A stretch of DNA of 64,000 nt, taken from NCBI RefSeq assembly GCF_964355755.1, contig NC_092672.1, positions 6,138,001 through 6,202,000 on the forward strand. The letters run 5' to 3'. This DNA comes from Antedon mediterranea (Eukaryota; Animalia; Echinodermata). The notes under the pieces are model-generated. The model did not search any database, had not been told where the DNA came from, and saw only the letters and a program-made list of their open reading frames with translations. The position numbers and the translations under genes were made by a program. Below are positions 1-12,900 of the stretch, piece after piece (position 1 is the first letter of the stretch; the number at the start of each line of letters is the position of its first letter).

Positions 1-97
1 AAAAAAGTGTAAGGTGCCCAAATATGGTAGTGATATGACATCATCATGTCCATATATGGGCACATTTTCATATACAATTTGATAGTGTAGACAGAGC
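1..97. mobile_element. Harbinger-type MITE copy (truncated by window edge)
   Basis: Same internal sequence and right TIR tttgatagtgtagacagagct. Confidence 0.8.
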
Positions 98-204
98 TTA
101 AGATGACACAGGCCACTATTGGTCATATCTGTCTAAAGTCTGATTTTCCCACTCCTCTCAAAAACAAGCAATGTGGAACCACGACAATTCTTTACAAACC
201 CCAC

Positions 205-3200
205 CTTGTCAAGGTCAACTTGAACAGTTTTTAACCTGGATATTTCAGATTCATTTGATTCTTTAAGCTTTTGTAGTGATGTAACTTCACCTTCCTTTGT
301 AGATAATGATGTTTGTAATTTAGTGCTATAAAATAGAATATAAAAACATAATTTTACTAATAATACCAAACACATCTATAAAGTAGAACATTAATAGTGA
401 TTACTAAGCTATGTCTACACTATCAAACTAGTTTGACAATAAAGTGTGATGTGCCCAAAATGGTATTGATATGCTTAAATATGGTAGTGATATGGCATCA
501 TCATGTCCATATGGGCACATCACATTTTTTCGTCACATAAATTTGATAGTGTAGACAGAGATTAACATTAAGAAATCAATCAGTGTACTTAGGACTTGAA
601 AATCTGATCACTTCAATAAAATACTTTTTATGACTTACATTTGTTCTTGTAACTTCTTTGAGTTTTCATTTTCTTGATTTTCATGTTTCTGTTTTTCTTC
701 CAATTGATTTTCGTATTCCTTAGCTTCTTTGGCTAATTCTTCATTTTCATTTTTCAATGTTGATGTTGTCGTCGCTGCCTCTTCTAACTTAGCTTTTATT
801 TCACCACTATAAAGTAAACCAAAAAGATTAAAAGAATGTGTTTACACTGATATACTATGAATGAAAATAAAAATGGATCAAAGACCATGTAACACAGTGT
901 CTGTATACCATGTACCTCCCAACTTAAGGGTCTTTCAAACCTGTTTCGGCATGGCTCTGGCAAATCAGAAGGCAAGTTTTTGTTTCACATGTCTACGCGC
1001 ATATCTATTGGCGCATGAAAACAAAACATTCACATGCAATTTAATTTGCCAGTGCTGGACCGGAACCATGCAGGAACAAGTGCTATGTACTGTTTCATTA
1101 AATTGGTAAACATTCAAAGCTTCACAACAATAGTTCGTCTGTTTAAATTTTATTTTTAGGATCTGTAAAAATACTTACACTTCTTTATTCATTTGAGAAA
1201 GAGCATCTTCTTTGCCTTTAACTTCTTCTTGTTTTTCCTCTATTTGGTTCTTCATTTGTTTTACTTCTTCTCGTAATCCGTTCTCATCTTCCTTCAGGTT
1301 ATCTATCTGTCGTTTGCTTTCCTCTAGTTGGTAATTGGCTTCATCTCTGCAAATAAAACAAATGTAATCAAATCAATACATCATATTTGTATTCCTTTAG
1401 ATGCAACAAATCAAGACTATCTAAAGATGTAGAAGGACTTGTATTTTAATCTTCCGTTGTATTTGCCTTATAGGCAGTCATGTATTCATTTCTGAATGTA
1501 GGGTAAAGAGCTGTTGAGCTAATTGCAGTAAGCCTCTGCATAATATAGTAGGATGGCCAGTTCCATTCCACGCCGCTTTATCCTCCCTAGTATTTTTAAC
1601 CTGCTACTCATTTACAGCCGAGTAGACAGGGAGTGGTCGGGAATTGAACCCAGGTCTCTCTGTAACCACTCGGCCTACATTCTGTCAACACTATCAAACT
1701 AGTTTGACAAAAATTGTGTAGTGATATACCTAAATATGGTAGTGATATACCTAAATATGGTAGTGATATACCTAAATATGGTAGTGATATACCTAAATAT
1801 GGTAGTGATATACCTAAATATGGTAGTGATATACCTAAATATGGTAGTGATATACCTAAATATGGTAGTGATATACCTAAATATGGTAGTGATATACCTA
1901 AATATGGTAGTGATATACCTAAATATGGTAGTGATATGACATCACCATTTCCATATAGAGGCACATCACATTTTTGTTGTCACATACAGTTTGATAATGC
2001 TTTAACTTACAGCTGTGTTTGTAGTGAACCTATATTCTGTTCTTCTTTCTCTGAATGTTCCTTGCTTTGTTGGTCCAGCGTTTTCTTGAATCTTTCAACC
2101 TCCCTTGTCAATCGTTCTCTTTCTCTTTCAGATTCTGTTACCTCTCTCGTCTTGTCATTTAGTGACTGTTGTATTGTGTTACTGTAAAATAAGTATAAGA
2201 ATAAGTAATTTGTTTTGTAAATATAGTATTAAAATGAAATACTTAATGAATTCTTAGACCTAAATATTATAAAATAATGTGTAAAAAAGGTGTAGTCTTG
2301 TGGGAGAACTACTTTTTCAATAGTGACCTAAGAAAGCTCTACCAATTGCTCAATAGTCATATCCCTCTGAATTGGAAACAATTCCTAAAGGAGGGGTTTT
2401 CTGTCTTCTACTCAAACGTACAGTTCAGTTTTCATTGCTCCTCTTGATACCTCCTCCTCTTTCTTTTTGACCTCATTTTCTCCAGATTGTTTTTCTAAAA
2501 CATCTAATTTTTGTAATAAATCTTTCTTCTCATCTTCTAGGGCTGATACTAAACTTTCTGTCTCCTTTAACTTGCTCTGTACATCATTCCTAAGAAGACA
2601 AAGAAAGTATACATATATATTAATTACAAAACCGGCTTTTTAAACCACTTATATAGTGGAGATTATAATGCAATGTTATGAGAATAAATATATATGATCA
2701 CATATATAGGAAGAAGGGAGATAGGAAGGACGGGAGGGAAAGAGGAAGGAGGGAGAGAAGAAGGAGGGAGAGAAGAAGGAGGAAGAGAGGAAGGAGGGAG
2801 AGAAGGAGGGAGAGGAGGGAGAGAGGAAGGAGAAAGAGAGGAAGGAGAAAGAGAGGAGGGAGAAAAGGAGGGAGAGGAAGAAGAAAGAGAGGAAGGAGGG
2901 AGGGAGAGAGGAAAGAGAAAGTGAGGAAGAAGGCAGGGAGAGAGGAAGGAGAAAGAGAGGAAGGAGGGAGGGAGAAAGGAAGGAGAAAGAGAAGAAGGAG
3001 GGAGAGAGCAAGGAGAAAGAGAGTAAGGAGGAAGGGAGAGAGGAAGGAGGGAGAGAGGAAGGGGTGGTGTTGTTGAGTGAATGATATAATAATAACCAGG
3101 GGTGTCATTTTCAGCCAGCTTTGGCCTCTCGAATGTTCATTTTAAAAACATGGTCTATTAATAAAATTAAAAACTCTCACATTTTGTCTTCTACATTCTT

Positions 3201-6200
3201 TAACTGTTCTTTTTCATTATTATTCTTGTCTTGCGTATCTTTCAATTCTTCTTTATATTTCTCTAACTCTTGTTTAACTGAGTTGATTGTTTCCGCTTGT
3301 GTCTTCAGTGTTTCTTCATGGTCTGTATTTACTTTCTTTAATGAGTCTCTTTCAGTTGTCAGTTCAGACAATGAAATATTAATTTTCTCATTTGCCTTTA
3401 TTGCCTAAAATGACAACAAAATAATATCATGTTTAAACTCCCAAAAACCAGACTTCTTCATGTTCCATTTCTTTATTTTCCTACTCAAAAATGCACTATG
3501 AAAACCACAATACTTAATTTTTGTGTGGCCACCATAGAGTTATTACACACCATAGAGTTATTACATCACAACTAGAGAGTTATTACATCACACACCATAG
3601 AGTTATTACATCACAACTAGAGTTAACTGCTCTGTAACTGATGAGTACCATGGAGAGGGACCATCAAATATGGCTGCATCACATCAGCAAACTAAATTCT
3701 GCAGTACCTACAGTGATCATATAAGGTCAAAGTTCACAGAATCTATACTCTACCTCATTTTTAGCATTGACTTCACTTTCTATCTGTTTCATTATCTCCT
3801 CTTGTTTCCTATTTTTTTCTTGTTCTGAAGAGCTGGAGTTTTCTAACAATGCTTCTAATCTTTGCACTTTTTGAAGTGACTGTTCATTTTCAGATTTCAT
3901 CTTCTCATTGTCACCTTGCAAATCTTCAAACTTTAACTGCATTTCTTCTAATTCAAACTAATAAAAGCAAAAAGTATATTATTATATATATTTGAGTGGG
4001 TGAGTGAAACATCTAGCTCATGTGTACTAGTACATCTTTTAGACAAGTAGGGGGTTACCCCGGTGTACTAGTACACACACAGCCACCGTCACTCACACAT
4101 ACTGAGCAATGTGGGAGAACAGGAGTTTACTACTGAACAACCTTCCCAGTATTTAGAATAAAGAAATAAAAATATAATAAAATATGCCAACTTTCATACA
4201 GAACTAATTACAGGTGATAATCTTGCATCTTTCACTGTATAACACATGATATGTTAAATAACATTGTAGAAAAAATCTTTTATAATATGATGGATTTGTC
4301 GTAGGTTGAAGTGGATTGATTCAAAAGAATCTTTTAAAAATAAAACAAACATAAAATTATAAAGATGCACAACAACTTGAATAAAAGAATTTACCTCTAG
4401 TTCTGATTTCTTTTGCTTAATGTCATCTAAAGTTGATGCGATACTTTGTTTCTCTTGTGACAATGCATCTTTCACAGACTCCTTCTCCAAGATTATCTCC
4501 TTCAACTTGGCAACTTCTTCAACATGCTGTTTCTTGATCTCTTCTTCCAGTAACTGCGCCTCATCTTGCAGATCCGTGATTTTAACCTTGCTTTCCTGTA
4601 ATTCTTTTTGCTGAGAGTTGATAGTATGGTAGAAAAAAAAGAAAGCAAACTTAAAATAAAAAACTGGTGTTATGGCAGAAGCACAAAAAGCACGAAAGCA
4701 AAAACAAAATCATGTGACAATGACAATGTTAGTATAATTCAGTGAAAAACTAAAAAATAAAAAAACAAATATAATATCTTACAACAGAAAGATTAAGATG
4801 AAACCATTAATAAATAAGCTTTAAATAAAAACCAGTGTAAAGAAAAACAATGAAACCACAACAAACATTTAGATACAAAAATTAACTATAAAAATGTCTG
4901 GTGAAGAGACTAATTATAAGTCTGGTGCAGAGATGCCTAATGTTTACACTTGGTAACCAGGGACATCAACACAGTACAGATCTAAATAAATTGTACAGAG
5001 GTTTGGTTGAAATGTTTCATTTGATGTTGAAAAAATGATGAACTGATCACACACACCAAAAATGTACAAAGGTAACAAAAAGAAAAGTTAAAAAATATAA
5101 AATACTGTACTCAAAACAGAAAAAAATATACTTGTGTTACACAAATGAGAAATATTTTCTATACATTTTGTGTACAGAAAAATAAAAACACAGAAACAAA
5201 AAAAACTAATTTTGATTAACATTTCAAAGAGATCCAAATAAAATTGGAATATGAATGTTAAAGTATTAATTTTTGTTTCAGATTTAGCTAATATGATGTC
5301 GATATGATTTAGGTTTAAGGTCCAATTTCCAGTGTTCATTTGTTGGTATATAAAACAGTTTCTTGGTCATGTATGTCTGTAAACTAACTAAATAAAAATG
5401 AAACCAAATGTTTGAACAACAAATACCAGTAAATTTATTACATACATCTTATTTTTGTTTATTTATAGTATGTCTCACAAAAACTTACATACTCAAGCTC
5501 AGTTGGATAAAATTTTACAACTTTTAAAAAATTCTAAAACAATATTTAGCAGGCATATATATATATACACACAATTATCTATAATAACAAATCAATATCA
5601 ATCAATAACAACAAATCAATATCAATCAATAATAGCAAATCAATATCAATCAATATTAATAATAGCAAATCAATATCTGGAAAGTTAGGACAGATGATGC
5701 ATTAGAAAATGTTGAATTTCAACCAATATGATTTTGCTAAAATTCTGTATTATATTTGAAGTTCTATTATGAAATTATTAATGATAAATTTACAAATCAT
5801 ATAAAACTGAAAGTATTGTAAAATTATGGATACATCGTTGAACAAATTCTGAAACCTTTATACCTCATACACACTCAAGCTCGTAACCAGGGGCAACTTT
5901 ACTGAAATACCTTTTTCAAACTATTAGTTGTGGAAGTGATGGTAAATAGGCCTAGCCTAGTTAGCTGATTTTGTACCCTTTTGTAGAAAAAATAAGCCAC
6001 TTTGGTTACGAGCTTGACACTAATTATTAATTACTGTATCATAAATACACATTTTGTTTTTAAAGTTAGGAAAAAAAATAAAGTATTACATTTCTACTCA
6101 GAAGACATTTAATTTTAAAACCTTATCTAAATTTGATTCCTAAAAAGGCATCTAATATTTTATGAATGATAAACATACACATATGAAAGTCACAAAAACA

Positions 6201-6871
6201 TCTCGTCCTTCATTTAACAATAGCAATATGCACATGCTATATATAACTTCTGACAAAATCCATTTAATGCTATCTAATATAATAACCATCAATAATTGTA
6301 TAATTTAAAACATAGCATGCATTAAAAAAAAAGAAAACTGCCAGATTTATTTTTAATAAAAGTTTTAATAACTGCAAGTATTATAAATGCTTAATGTAAT
6401 AAAAGCATACGCTGAGCCTGTATGATGGATATGTCATTGTGGGTAGTGTATTGTTTTTTTGTTTATTAATATTATATAGGATCTTATCTAGGATAATGAT
6501 GATGATGATTATCTTAATGATGATGATGGTGATGATGTCAGATGATTATAAGCCGATGATGATGATGATGGTGATGATGTCAGATGATGATAGTGGTGAT
6601 GATAATGATGCAAGATGATGATGATGATTATGAGCAGATGATGGTGAGCCGATGATGATGATTATAAGCCGATGATGATGATGGTGATGATGTCAGATGA
6701 TGATGATAATGTAAGATGATGATGATGATGATTATGAGCAGATGATGTTGAGCCGATGATGGTGATAATGATGATGATGATGATGAGCTGATGATGATGA
6801 TGAGCTGATAATGATGATGAGCTGATGATGGTGATAATGATGATGATGATGATGAGCTGATGATGGTGATA

Positions 6872-6911
<40 letters not shown>

Positions 6912-9900
6912 GCTGATGATGATAATGATGAGCTGATAATGATGATGAGCTGATAATGATGATGAGCTGATAATGATGATGAGCTGATGATGATGTTCCT
7001 TCCTAGTGATGTGTTCTGTGGTCCTAAAAATGTTGGTAAACTTTTTGAAAGTGCAAAAGGTGCAAAAAGGCAAACACATTAATGTGCTTTAGAGCAATGA
7101 AAGGAAGAAAGTCAATAGGACAGTGAAGAAAAGGAGAAAGAATGGACAGGATAATAAATGAAGGAAGAGAAAGTAACATGCAGTGCATATATTGACAGAG
7201 ACAACTTAGATAATGATGATAACCCTAACAGAAGTATGAGGTGGATGTTGCAAGTGGGGTAGGGTCTAAAAAGGAATGTCCATCATTAATTAATTAGACC
7301 CTTAATGAATAACACTAACTTTAAAACATGCATTAATAATTAATTTTAGTAAGATAATTTTTCAGTTTTGACAAAAAAAGTGTGAGGTGCCCAAATATGG
7401 TAGTGGTGTGACATCATCATGTCCATATATGGACATTTTTTGTCACATAAGTTTGATAGTGTATAAAGGACTAATAGAAGTTTTGTTATAATTTTGAGCA
7501 GAATGAACATTTCTGATAAACGATTAATTTAATAACTAGATTATATAAACAATAGCAGTATTTTGAAATCATTAAAGTAGTTTTATAAAGGCAATGCAAC
7601 GCAAGGCAGTGCATGAGACAAGGAAAATGTTGTATGTTATGTTACATAAGTAAGCAATCACTGTTATTATGCTTTTTGGACTTGCGCTGTGAAATGAAAT
7701 TGAAGAAAGAAAAGCCAATACAGTAAATATACTAAAAATTTAAAACAACACACATATAATAAATCTATTCAGGTCTCTATCCAATTAAACTATGTCTCAA
7801 ATTAAAATTAAAATCTCCATTTCTGTGGACTGTAACAGCACAATAGTAAATTTAACATCAAATTTTTGGTCCCAAAGAGTGGCACATAATTAGAGGAAGA
7901 CCTGAACAATTGAACTCAAACGCCAAACATAATCTGTGCATTACAATAACAAAAATATCATATAGGAGTACAAATAAAAGGGGATAACTTTGTAGGATAT
8001 TATATATTTATATAGATACACAAATTATACACAATTTTATTTATTTAATTTCCTATACATGGAAAGCCCAGCTTGTCAATAATTTCATATTTGGTTTCAC
8101 TATAAGCATCACACATTAATATTTTACAAAAGCACAGATATAAAGCAGCTATTATAGTACAGTAGAACCTTTCCTTTGGGACACGCCTATTAAGGGGACA
8201 CGCCTATTAAGGGGACATGCCTATTAAGGGGACACCCCTATTAAGGGGACACCCCTATTAAGGGGACACCCCTATTAAGGAACATCCCTATTAAGGAACA
8301 TCCCTATTAAGGAACATCCCTATTAAGGGGACATCCCTATTGAGGAACATCCCTATTCAGGGGACACCCTTATTAAGGGGACACCCCTATTAAGGGGACA
8401 TTTTGTTGGGTCTAAAAGGCATCTCCTTAATAGGGGTTCCACTGTAATACTACATATCGTACACAACAAAATAATTTTATGTAACAATATAACTAATATA
8501 TAATTTTGACATTTGGTATTGCATGCGAGCATTCAGTACTGCACATAGATCAGCTTAATGGTTGTGGTGTCTTGTATAGTTACCTACAATTAATAATTAT
8601 TGAATCTAACATTGCGTTCTATGTTAGGAGTCTAATTTTTAAATGCTTTTAGAATTACATGTGATATCATCTTTGACTTTTCAGTGGATAATTTAGATAA
8701 ACAATTTTCACATACTTTTTCCTTACGATAAAACTGACTAAAATCGTATATAAAATATGAAAGTAAAGGAAAAAAATAACTATTGCTTTCTCTAAATTAT
8801 ATTGCCATAGCATGCCATATAAGGATATATATTTTTAGAGCATAATTTGTACCTATATGTCATTCAACAGAAATGGAAGTTATGACAGCACTTACATACT
8901 TTATAACAATTTCTCTCTTTTAAAAAATTAATATATGTATAATACTATTATCCTGAAGCTTTATCCCTGACTAATTTATATACTCTATTATATGTAATAA
9001 ACTTAATTGTATGCAGCACTAGTCTAGTCTAATCTAAACTATACATTTATAAATATGTACTAGAGTCCCTGTTGTAGCACAGTCTATACAAAAGCACACA
9101 TAACAAGCATAGGTCTAGAACCATCAAGTACTTTTTTTATAGTTTGAACTTTAGGTAAAGAATTAATTTGATTTTGAAAGTTTTGTTGGATTTTAGATTT
9201 CTATATTAAAAGTTAAAAATAATCCTGGTACAAATAAATAATAAAATTAGTAAGGTATAGATAAAATTATACTTTTAAATGGTTAGTTTCTATTTTACCC
9301 ATTGAGTTGTTAAGATATAACATAATTCTGTATGCTCCTAGTAAAGCACATTTAGACAACAGTTTTACATACAGTAGGTTAGGTTACACCAATACAACTA
9401 TCTATAGTACTATACATTGTACAGTGTTTTAGTTAAACAACCCTAACATGATACCATAGACACAGTAGGTTAAAACAACTATAGTACATCACCATTTCTT
9501 TTCTAAATTGTTTGCGTTCCGCTGGTCTGATATACAATTTAAAATACTACACAATTTTAAATGGCACTTGATAGAAATAGACAACAAGCTTAAAGCTTTA
9601 TACAACTGCGGTTCTCGGAAATAATGACACCAAATTGTTGGATATTTTTAAAACACATCCATAAGTAATCATATACATATAAATAGGGTTGTTTTTTTTA
9701 AATAAATAAATAAAATTGTTTGTTGAAAATTTGTAGATAATTCTCTAACTTCTAATTTAATAATAATTGAAAATAATATTTGATTTTTAATATTTTGAAC
9801 AAGACGTGCATGCATTAAAATAAATGAATTAAATAAGGTAAATGGTAACTTTTGAAGTATTTTGTGTATAATTCTGCCAATAATTAATAAGCATATTTTA

Positions 9901-12900
9901 TCAACAAACTTATGTTTTTTTTGTTAAGATGGCAAAAGCAATACACATCTGTTATAGGATTTATACAATGAAAAAAACACACACATACACAGGATATATA
10001 AGGTATACAACTAAAATGAAGCTAAATATGGAATTTTAATAGAAACCGAGATGACAAAGAAACACCAAATGCAGGAAAACTCTTACCAGACTACACTTGA
10101 TCATTCTGATATGGCATGTGGATAGGTTAGCGTAGTTTGTTATGTGGTTGATAGTTAAGGGTGGGGGTTGAATTTGGTGGGAACTAGGGTGGCAGTTTTT
10201 TTTATATATTGTTGTATGTATGGGAGCTTTAGTAAACTTAGTCATTGGCAGTGAGTCAAGGATAGTCAACATTTTCTAGATTTTGCAGTCTATGTAACAT
10301 GTGGATGTTTATATGGATGTTCTATGTGTGTATTCACTTTTGGTGTTCTCTACAGAATATGTATGTCTACTTTTTAATGTGTTTCATATTCTAACATAAC
10401 TGTAATACATATTTAATTGAGGACCAATTTATCTATGGTTGTCAATCTGTATCGGTGCATGTCTTATTTATATGAATAGCTACTCTTGAATTTTGATAGT
10501 ATTGGCTGCAAGCGTGGAAAAAAGAAAGAAAAAAAAAACAAGTTGAGAGATTGCGAACTACAAACTACTAAAAAATAAAGCATCTTTAAAATTGATACTT
10601 AATATTTTCAGCACCTAAAATTATTTTTTTGTATCTTTCAAAAGACTCTTTGTTCATGAAGTAACTTCATTGTTTCCTATATGATTGCACATTTAATTAA
10701 AAACTAAAATATTTATCTCATTAAATGTAATGATGTATCTATTATTTAACTTTTAAAACAATTCCTTTGATATAATAAAAATAAGATTATAAAATAAATC
10801 GTTATAGTAGTAATAAACATATTTTTTTTGAAATATATATTTTCTATTTTATATATTAACAGTAATAAAAATCAAATTGCATAATAATTAAAAATTCATT
10901 TATATCAATTTGGCATAACAGTAATAAAAAATATAATTGCATAAAAATTAATTTATATGAACTACAAACTAGAATATATGTATATGTTTCATATTAAATT
11001 TTGGTTCAAAGTTAAAATAACTTTATATATTAAAAAAATACTAGATAAAAAAATGTAAAAATAAAATAAAAAATGATAATATAAAAAATATAGAATAATA
11101 ATAATAGAATAAATAATATAAAAAATATATTTATTTATTCATTTGCACATAGTATACACAATTAAAAGATAGGAACATGCAGTTTACAGTGCTGTACATG
11201 TGTACTGTACACACACTATACAATAACAAATATAACAATAGTATCAAAGACCATGTGTCATGTAGATAGGCCATTAACGTAGAAACGTACGGTTACAAGT
11301 TTTCATGTTTCTTCGTCAAAACGGAGACATGTACACATAGTGCACAAAACCTCCATTGATGGACACAATAGTACACACACTTTTTTTTGTTTTTAGTGTC
11401 CTTAGACATTGTACTGTAGCTATTCATCCTGTATAACCCTTTGACCTCTCTAAATGCACTTTGTAAAACTGGATGATCACATTAGTCTTCACAAACGCAC
11501 ACAATATTCAACATAAAAACAAGTCTCCTAACATACAGAATTGAACCCAGAACTTTGGTATTGTTAGGCAAGCACTATTAACCACCACCATTAGTATTGC
11601 TACAAATTCCAGTTAAAAAACAATATAGTTAATATATCTAACGTGTATTTAATGATTAGAAACAGAGGCTCATATTACAGTATGTATTATCATGACAATA
11701 ATACATTATTCAACAATACTGACAGATGATCTTTTACTATTATTATTTAGGTTAATAGGACTTCCTAAACAGGGCTCGATTTAATTTACTAGCCCAACTG
11801 TCATTTCGTCGGCAGTTGGGCTAGTAGCTTAAGTTGATTAATGAGCCTCGGTATAACGGAAATAGTGCTCATTTTGGCAAGGCGAAAAGGGCATGAATAG
11901 AGTGGCTATTCCAAGGCCAGTTTTAACTAGACATTAGGTTAGTTAGGCTGGGCAAGTTGGGCTAGTACTAAATCGAGCCCTGCTGAACACTGATAAGTCA
12001 AAGCATTACCACATTTGATTTCTCCACATTTTTTTTACGTATAATTTTTAGAATTAGAAAAAAAGAGTGCCAAACACAAGTGCAGACGAAACCAATACAA
12101 GAAAACACAACCACCGCACGATTCACAACGATTATACGGTACTCACAATTTTATCGTTTTTGGTTTGATATTTCTTGATTTCTTCAAGATGCTGCTGCCG
12201 AAGGTTTTCAAAGTGTTTCTGTGACTCGTCTTTGTTGTGGTTAAGGCTGTCCAATAACTCGGTTACTTTTTTGTTTGACTCTTCCAGCTGTGAGGTTAAT
12301 TCTTCAATTTGTCTAAGTAAATATTCACAGTAAAATAAATTGTAGTAACCGACACACCAAAGGCCAAGTTACAAAGTATAGAATCTATGTTATTCCTTAT
12401 GACCATTTACACACAACAGAATGGTGCTTACTGTTACGTATCATCTGTATATATTGGCCTTTAAGGTGCGTCCCACCTTAGGATATAATTGACATATCTA
12501 ATTTTTGTGTAATTATCCTACAAAATGGTTTATATATTATTTGCTGACCTACTTCATTCTAGTCTTCCAAAATTGTATTCAAAGAGGTAAATATGAAGAA
12601 TTTATAGGTAATTTCTAATCATCCATTTTTAAAAAAATGTATTTATTTTAGGTATAAAAAAATTACAAAAAGCAGACAAAAGTCTGAAAATATTGTTTAC
12701 ATGGGCCACTCTCATGATTTCCATAACATGGTGATAAACAACAAGGGGCTAAAATGGACAAGATAATCCCTACTCTTTCTGAAATAAGCACTGGGTTCTT
12801 TTAAGTGCACACAAAGTCAGATATGTACACAGGATCTCTAGTTTTAAGTACCTATCCAAACATACTACAACAACAATGGTTCAGAAGTGCATTGAACCTG

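Noticed and set aside
1608-1964. Repetitive ORFs (SDIPKYG)n, (ISLPYLG)n, (VIYLNMV)n
   Set aside because: Translations of a 21-bp tandem unit inside a MITE; open in several frames only because the unit is a multiple of 3.
2676-3108. Arg/Glu/Gly-rich and Leu/Ser/Pro-rich ORFs
   Set aside because: Artefacts of a polypurine tract; the flanking CLIP1 exons join in phase without it.
6732-7079. His/Ser/Ile-rich ORF
   Set aside because: Translation of the (GAT)n microsatellite.
9503-9526. Third possible last exon TSGTQTI* containing a TQT (LC8-like) motif
   Set aside because: The acceptor (ttgtatatcag) lacks a pyrimidine tract, so chance is likely.
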